A stretch of 64,000 nucleotides of DNA, from NCBI RefSeq assembly GCF_018350175.1, contig NC_058373.1, positions 76,260,001 to 76,324,000 on the forward strand, in the 5' to 3' direction. This stretch comes from Felis catus (taxonomy: Eukaryota). Position numbers and translations under genes: made by a program. How positions within the stretch are numbered: the first letter of the stretch is position 1; each line of letters starts with the position of its first letter. Under the pieces are notes generated by a model, which worked only from the letters and a program-made list of their open reading frames with translations, had not been told where the DNA came from and made no database searches. Below, in pieces: positions 62,054 through 64,000 of this stretch.

Positions 62054-63137
62054 CTATTTGTTCTAATTAGAAGTAAAGGCTAAATAGAGGGGGGGAAAGT
62101 AGTGGAGATTGTCATTGCAGAACAGCTTACTGTAGCTAACTGAGAGAGGACAAAGTTAGAGATGGTACACATTTGGTGGCGATTAGCTGGCAGAGTCATG
62201 CGGAGGTATTTTTATTGAGCTCAATTCCCAACAGGGTTGGGAAATTTATTTGATGTAAGGGATGGGTGGTATGGGGTAGTGGAATGCTCTAGGAAACTTA
62301 AGTCCGTCCTTTCTTGCTTCTCTGCATATCTGTAGAGAATGATCACCACCTTCTACAGGCAAAGGCTATCCTGCCTGAAAGAGTTCCATTTTACCAAATC
62401 ATAGTACTAGATTATTTTCGTAGGGATATGATTATACTTGTCTCTCAGTGCCAAGCGTCACTCTGCCCCTTTGTTCCAGACCATAGTGGGAAGAAATACT
62501 TGTCGTGCATAGTAAACACAAAATCAAAGCAACAACACAAAGCCAAGCAAGCAGTCAACACATTGACACACAAAGCCCTTTTATAACCTTGCTTCAAGAG
62601 GAGAAAACTCTGGAGCATCATTAAGTGTCATTAATTTCCATTCAACAAATTTCAACTTGACATCATAATTTTCTATGGCCTTATTTCTCCAGTTGATGCT
62701 TCATTTTTTGCTATGGAAACAGAAAACACCTAAATAAACTTACCCACAACAGAAATCAGATGTTTTTCTGGGAAGAGGTACCATGGCCTTTTCCTCACCC
62801 TTTGATCTTTTCTCTTTATAGGCTTCTGGTTCCAGGGAGGCAGTGGCAGTGGGGAGAGTGATACTTTCCAAATTTGGAGATGAGGAGAGGGCCCCACTTG
62901 TAAAGTGGGGCCTGCTTTGGGTAAGGGGATACAGCTCTCTTTTCATAGCTACTCAAAGGTCATAGGAAACTTAGGATGTGTCCTCAAAGTCCACTTTCTG
63001 GTCCTGGTTTTTTAATAATGTATTTAGAAATGAGTTTCTCAACTGAAACAATGATTACACACAAAAAAACATTTTTCTAGGGTCTTCATAAATGGAGGAG
63101 CAGTAGTTACTTAAAATTGTTTTTAATTATTAAAATC

Positions 63138-63138
63138 G

Positions 63139-63165
<27 letters not shown>
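63138..63165. repeat. (TG)n microsatellite
   Basis: Directly visible. Confidence 0.95.
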
Positions 63166-63169
<4 letters not shown>

Positions 63170-63509
63170 AAAAAAGAGAAGAAAAATGGATGATTTTGTT
63201 GCCAGGATTAAGAAGCTATATCAGAAAATATTGTCTGGACTAACTTACAAAGACCATATTATGATTTGGGCTAAGAAAAGCCAATCTTTGGTTGAATAGC
63301 CTAAAGTAATAAATTGCATTTGAAGGACTTTAGATTTCTGCACAAACTTTTCAACCAGATCTAATTGGAAGTGCTACTCACATAGCCGAGGGCATTCTGA
63401 AAAACAGAGCAGTGGATTAACACCATTTTTAAAAGTCAAGAAGTCTTTTCTCCTCTTAAAGGAGAGTTTTCCAGCCATTATCTTCAATTGCTAAACGTTT
63501 TAAAGAAAG

Positions 63510-63640
63510 TCTCCTCTCTCTCTCTCTCTTTCTCTGTCTCTTTCTCTCTCTCTCTCCCTTGGTCCTACAGTCTCCCTCCCCCCTTTTACCCCCATTCCTT
63601 CCCTTCCTGCCCCTCTTTCTCTCTCCATTTCTCTCTCTCA
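63510..63640. repeat. CT-rich polypyrimidine tract
   Basis: Directly visible. Confidence 0.85.
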
Positions 63641-63919
63641 GTCCTCAACCCCATTCAAGCCATGAATGAGTGTTATACTGGAAGCAAGAGTTATATAGTA
63701 AATGACTTATCAGTCAGCTGTGTCCTAGATATTGTTGATGAAGGAAGCAGGAATTTGCGAACTAAGCTGGTTCCCAGTTAAATAAGAAAATGTTTAAATG
63801 CGTATCTGAATCTTTTGTTAAACTAGATAGAGGTAAGGATTACAGAATATATGACTACAAAAAAACCTTTTCATCCTTTTTCCTAACCTACAAACTTTTC
63901 TTATGTAGCAACACTTGAT

Positions 63920-63957
63920 TTGCCAATTTATCTGCATAATCTGAGTTAATAATTAGC
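63920..63957 (+). promoter_or_regulatory. HNF1-like site with NFI-half, GATA and C/EBP-like neighbours
   Basis: GTTAATAATTAGC at 63945-63957 (one mismatch to GTTAATNATTAAC); TTGCCAA, TTATCT and TGCATAAT just upstream. Confidence 0.3.
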
Positions 63958-64000
63958 AAAGTAGGCATAACTACATTCAAAATGACCACCTTAGAGATAT

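Overview
Mammalian nuclear DNA, almost certainly felid: it carries about 19 carnivore CAN-SINEs (including young SINEC_Fc-type copies) and carnivore/felid L1 3' ends. It comes from a gapped draft assembly with 9 N-gaps. The window is AT-rich and intergenic or intronic in character. I recognise no intact host protein-coding gene, RNA gene or CRISPR array, and nearly all long ORFs in the track come from L1 ORF2 fragments, SINEs or N-gaps. Repeat content: four carnivore-era L1 insertions with target-site duplications (TSDs), one of them 5'-inverted and one or two carrying 3' transductions; older L1M, L2 and MIR fragments; solo LTRs (MER34-like, MLT1, MER21); a truncated ERVL provirus with an LTR, a degenerate tRNA-Leu PBS and an RT remnant; and hAT/Tigger relics. 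The best non-repeat candidate is a possible minus-strand spliced lncRNA or micropeptide transcript starting in a CpG-retaining region at about 28.3-29.7 kb. A second CpG-retaining, CCAAT-containing promoter-like region lies at about 1.2-2.8 kb. I cannot support a claim of a wholly new biological system. Repeat family names are recalled from consensus sequences, not from a database search.
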